DNA from: Clostridiales bacterium
Lineage (GTDB): Bacteria > Bacillota > Clostridia > Lachnospirales > WRAX01
Length of the DNA: 64,000 nucleotides
Direction of reading: 5' to 3'
Assembly: GCA_031265685.1 (NCBI GenBank)
Contig: JAISCI010000102.1
Location: 339 to 64,338, forward strand
This document shows positions 60,845-64,000 of this stretch, in pieces. Both the position numbers and the translations under genes were made by a program. Each line of letters opens with the position of its first letter. Positions within the stretch are counted from its first letter, which is position 1. The notes beneath the pieces are model-generated. The model was not told the DNA's origin. It was given only the letters and a program-made list of their open reading frames with translations, and did not search any database.

Positions 60845-61599
60845 ATAAGGGGCGTTGCGTCAAATGACGCAAGCCGCGAAAGAGATTATGGGCGTCGAGA
60901 CAATCTCCGTCGTCGCAGACAAAGGTTACTACGACGCGACCGATATCTCAAACTGCGAGCAATCCGGCACAACCTGTTATGTGGCGGTTGTTGACAGCTA
61001 TTCCCACGCGCCCGATCCTAGATATGACCGCAAAAATTTCAGATACGACGCCGAAAATGACTGCTATATATGCCCCGACGGGCAAATATTACCATTCAAC
61101 AGACTTCAAAAGCGCGAAGACGGCGGCGCTGACAGACGTTACCAGAACAGAAGAATTTGTAAAAACTGTGCAAACAGAGAAAAATGCACCATTAATAAAG
61201 CCGGACGGATTATCAGCCGCAACCCGAACCAAGGCGGTCTTGATACGATGAACGCCCGAATGAAAACCGAAGCGGGCAGGGAAATTTTCCGCCAGCGCAA
61301 GAAAATTATAGAACATCCGTTCGGAACGACCAAAGCGGTTTGGGGTTTCAAACAGTTTCTCTGCCGAACGCGGGAGAAAGTGACCGGCGAACAGTCGCTG
61401 GCCTTCTTGGCGTATAATTTTCGGCGGGTCTTTAGCATTTTCAGGCAAAACGGTAAGAGCATGGCGGCGGCAGTGCTGTGATAAACGCCGCTTTTTGTTT
61501 TTTTGCCGCAAAGGCTGACCAATAAAAGGAAATTACGGCGCTCCGCCTGATTTCCCAGTGCGCGCTGCCGCCCTATAAGGCGGCTTTTTGCGCGGTCTG

Positions 61600-61982
61600 T
61601 CTTGGACGACGTCTGGAAGGCGCTTGGCCGGTACGCGCGTGATGTCCGCCTTGAGGGTCTGGCGGGTCTTGTCGAGGGCGGTTCCAATGGAGACACGATA
61701 GCAGGGGCAGTCCGATTCCGCGGATTTCTAAGCCGCGCAGCGTGAACTCCGCGCCGTCGTCTATCGGTGTGCGAGGATTTCCTCAACGATGGCTGTGATT
61801 TCAGGCGCGGTCAGCGTCTGTCCCTTTATGGTTGCGTCCATGTCCATAGTGCCGCGGGTGTCGATGCCGACCATCGCCGAGATGAGCATACCGACCTTGA
61901 GGATGCGGGCGGCCGATTTTTCGCTTGACGTATACACGTATAAGTAAAAACATTCAAAGTCACCATATCGAGGTGTTAGCAT
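61600..61982 (-). pseudogene. gene debris abutting the IS right end (unidentified)
   Basis: Coding-looking minus-strand peptides lie in three frames: ...GIDTRGTMDMDATIKGQTLTAPEITAIVEEILAH / TPIDDGAEFTLRGLEIRG / CPCYRVSIGTALDKTRQTLKADITRVPAKRLPDVVQD. The last runs straight into the IS terminal repeat. Confidence 0.3.
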
Positions 61983-62121
61983 AAATTGATATTAAGATTA
62001 TGGAATGATCCTTGGTCTTGTCTGAAAACTCTTACGACTGCCCCGCGGTATTCTATCGCGCAAGCCGGCCGAAAGCGGTTTTAAGACGAGACCTAAACAG
62101 CGAAGGTGAGGAGAGTTAACT

Positions 62122-62820
62122 ATGTCAATGCCCACCATTTCCCTTTCTGACATAAGCTCGGATATTGTCAGAAATAATATCGCCGCTTCTATCGCGCTGC
62201 AGGAAGCGGCGCTTGCCCATATCCTGAACGCGGAGGGCGAGAAATTACAGGCGGTTATCGCAATAGAAGACGTAACCATCGAGCAGCTTACGCAAGTCAA
62301 CACATCCGTCGTTGATCTGATGGAGCACGCGGCGTCTTTTGAATTGGCGCTGCAGGAAAAACTGCAGCACGTTTTTCCCTCCGCCAGGCCGGTGGAGCCT
62401 ATTATGGTTATGGCGGTTGGTACTAAGTCGTTATTCGGCGGATCTCCGGCCGGAGGCGTCGTGGCGTTTCGCGAAAGCTTGTATGCTTATGGTTCCGCTG
62501 TTTCACACGCGGCGGATACGGTAGATTTTATAATCAACGAAGATGGTAATTACCGGATTAACTATCAATCGGTGATATCCAACGAAGCGTTGTCTCCGGG
62601 GCAACCTATAAACGAAGATCTCTCTCTTACCTCGGGCAGGTACGGCATTTTAGCGACAAATACCATTACGATAAACACTACGTTTGTACAGAATAGCACG
62701 ATTGCATCCTTGCCCGCGGGAGACGTACTGCGCTTGAGTCTTGTGGATAATAGTGGATCCCTCGAAATATCAGCGATCGCATCCGCAATATCAATCGAAA
62801 AAGTGAACTTAGTATTGTAA
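62122..62820 (+). CDS. hypothetical protein with an N-terminal SIALQEAALAHILNAEGEKLQ helix; possible spore-surface (BclA/BxpB C-terminal-like) protein
   Basis: 232 aa with a GGTGAGGAGAG RBS. The C-terminal half alternates short beta-strand-like segments (GNYRINYQSVI, GDVLRLSLVDN, AISIEKV), reminiscent of C1q/TNF-like exosporium domains. The functional call is a recollection, not a search result. Confidence 0.55.
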   Translation: MSMPTISLSDISSDIVRNNIAASIALQEAALAHILNAEGEKLQAVIAIEDVTIEQLTQVNTSVVDLMEHAASFELALQEKLQHVFPSARPVEPIMVMAVGTKSLFGGSPAGGVVAFRESLYAYGSAVSHAADTVDFIINEDGNYRINYQSVISNEALSPGQPINEDLSLTSGRYGILATNTITINTTFVQNSTIASLPAGDVLRLSLVDNSGSLEISAIASAISIEKVNLVL

Positions 62821-62830
62821 AATGGCGCTG

Positions 62831-62995
62831 ATACTGTTTCAGAAGTAAGGTTGATATTTGTTTTGTAAGATTCGCGCTAAGGTAATTTCGCATCGCATTT
62901 TCGCTTGAACGAATTTTGCCTAAAGCCGCAAAATTCTGTCACGTGAAAATTACCTTCTTATAAAACAAATGTCACTATCTAACCTGAAACAGTAT
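62831..62995. repeat. composite nested palindrome (ATACTGTTTCAG termini) with a family-B hairpin 62911..62936
   Basis: atactgtttcag ... taaggtaatttcgc ... attttcgcttgaac gaattttgcc taaagcc gcaaaattc tgtcacgtgaaaat tacctt ... ctgaaacagtat. Confidence 0.8.
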
Positions 62996-63232
62996 GAAGA
63001 CCAACAGGAAACAGCCGGCAATAGACTTTCCGTACACCCCCTGACGGGAACTGTGCGGGAAGTCTAATAACAGCGGTGACTGCCGAGGGCTTTTCGCGCG
63101 CGGCAAGGAAGCTCGCTCCGCGTAATCGCGAATACTTTACGCAAGCAGAGTCCGTTAGACCTGTTCCGAAATCTATTAGTTATGTCAATCAGGTTTTGAT
63201 AAAATAATTTGAATGAGGGGCTTCGTCCCCCC

Positions 63233-63394
63233 AGGGCGTGTTTGAAAACTAGCCCCGGCAGATTCGCGAGATGATTTTTCGATAATCAAAAAACTAAAAG
63301 TAGACGCTCAGCAACGCTACGCTAGACTTTTAGTGACACAGAGCAGCGGAAAATCAGCCGCGAAAATGTCGCGCCTAGTTTTCAAACACGCCCT
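63233..63394. repeat. composite nested palindrome with 20-bp perfect termini
   Basis: agggcgtgtttgaaaactag ... actaaaagt ... acttttagt ... ctagttttcaaacacgccct. There are inner arms gatttttcg/cggaaaatc. CCCCAGGG occurs on both flanks. Confidence 0.8.
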
Positions 63395-63441
63395 AAGTTC
63401 CCCAGGGCTGTTCAATAAGACCATAAATGGAGGAACGATAT

Positions 63442-63942
63442 ATGGCTAATAATGATTATCAGGATTATAACTATAACGCCGCCGCCAATCACGGCATAAA
63501 AGCATACAATCAGAGCGGGATTCCGCTGCCGCCATGTTCCAATCCGGTTGGAGACGACGGGCAATACGCGGATTACAGGTATTATTGCTGGTGTAAAAAA
63601 CGCGGCTGCCCTCACCATCAGAAAAATGAAAGATGTCCATACGATCATTGTCAGGAGAGCGGCAAAGAGATATCAGTTGACCGCGCAAAAGAAAACGACG
63701 TCCGGTCCTGCTGCGCGGATATCATCGCAAGCATAGCTCTGACAGAAACGTCTATAGCTTATATTCTAAACGCGGAGGGTGAAAAGATTCAAAAGATACT
63801 TGAAATATCATGTTGTCCGAACAAAATTTTAGAAGTCAACTGTAACGTAAAGGAAACCCTTTGCACAGCTACACGGCTGGAAGAGCTGTTGTGCAAAAAG
63901 CTGGAAATTGTAGCGGAACTGTTAAAATACGTTCGTTGTTAG
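63442..63942 (+). CDS. Cys-rich hypothetical protein sharing the SIAL-x-E-x-x-(L/I)A-x-ILNAEGEK(L/I)Q motif
   Basis: The track ORF starts at 63427, but its GGAGGA overlaps that ATG, so the ATG at 63442 is better placed. 166 aa with 14 Cys, including CWC, CPHH, CPYDHC, SCC, SCCP and CNVKETLC. The motif reads ASIALTETSIAYILNAEGEKIQ. Confidence 0.6.
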   Translation: MANNDYQDYNYNAAANHGIKAYNQSGIPLPPCSNPVGDDGQYADYRYYCWCKKRGCPHHQKNERCPYDHCQESGKEISVDRAKENDVRSCCADIIASIALTETSIAYILNAEGEKIQKILEISCCPNKILEVNCNVKETLCTATRLEELLCKKLEIVAELLKYVRC

Positions 63943-64000
63943 GAGGAATGCGCGTCCTGTAAGCGCTAAACTAAAAACTAGGCCCAAAAACTCGGTAATA

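Larger units (their letters stand above)
59901..61481 (+). pseudogene. IS1182/IS5-type DDE transposase, disrupted
   Basis: ORFs 59901..60293, 60286..60867 and 60855..61481 are colinear with one transposase (N-terminal MPYKQGESRNQLTL...HSSRRLE; GLYGKELVAVDGTKIRA; VVADKGYYD; EHPFGTTK). The frame changes coincide with 27-nt hairpin insertions 1 and 4. Confidence 0.8.
59811..61599 (+). mobile_element. IS1182-family-like insertion sequence, decayed
   Basis: 15-bp perfect terminal inverted repeats CAGACCGCGCAAAAA (59811-25) and TTTTTGCGCGGTCTG (61585-99) flank a DDE transposase split into three frames. No target duplication is visible. Confidence 0.7.

Noticed and set aside
57537-61000. Possibility that the short palindromic repeats (3 x 23 bp at 57.5 kb; 4 x 27 nt at 60.3-60.8 kb) are CRISPR arrays.
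   Set aside because: The tandem units have no spacers at all. The four 27-nt copies are irregularly spaced (about 180, 155 and 120 nt apart), sit inside one reading frame whose flanks are colinear transposase sequence, and occur in both orientations. No cas genes are in the window.
61139-61786. 215-aa minus-strand ORF spanning the IS right end.
   Set aside because: It is antisense to the transposase C-terminus, crosses the terminal inverted repeat, and has an Arg/Ser/Pro-rich junk translation.
63227-63408. CCCCAGGG on both sides of the 63233..63394 palindrome as a target-site duplication.
   Set aside because: The left copy overlaps the terminal inverted repeat itself and the right copy lies 6 nt beyond the other end. 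The geometry does not fit a clean duplication.

Overview
64-kb chromosomal segment that looks like a high-GC Firmicutes/Clostridia genome. That assignment is an inference from gene content: tmcAL, the YlqH/YraN/rnhB trio, DivIVA, a split MetH, a PrsA/SurA-like foldase, and MurJ/CsaB wall genes. I call about 58 protein genes, 3 tRNAs and 1 decayed IS. Almost all genes between 22 kb and 59 kb run on the minus strand. Most of the content is housekeeping: rnhB, rarA, pepF, tmcAL, a met cluster, a MacAB-like efflux system, tadA, serS, trpS, coaE and ilv/leu genes. Three things stand out. (1) A tightly coupled minus-strand operon at 24071..35412, possibly extending to 22076. It encodes four lidless Hsp70 paralogues (one with degenerate ATPase motifs, one fused to a vWA domain), a dedicated GrpE-like factor and a 1179-aa protein I cannot assign to a family. 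I see no J-domain protein. This is my best candidate for an undescribed system. (2) The window is saturated with nested-palindrome repeat elements. One family has ATACTAATTCCATT/AATGGAATTAGTAT termini. A second is a GAATTTTGC-N9-GCAAAATTC hairpin family with a 60-nt pseudoknot-like long form. They fill operon-internal intergenic gaps, supply Shine-Dalgarno sequences, start codons and stop codons, rewrite ORF ends, and have hit one transposase gene four times. (3) An AT-richer island lies downstream of a tRNA-Pro/Met/Gln cluster. It carries the riddled IS1182-like element, gene debris, and two paralogous proteins sharing an ILNAEGEK(L/I)Q motif. All coordinates not taken from the ORF track were counted by hand and may be off by 1-2 nt. 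No database search was possible, so family names rest on motifs I recognise in the translations.
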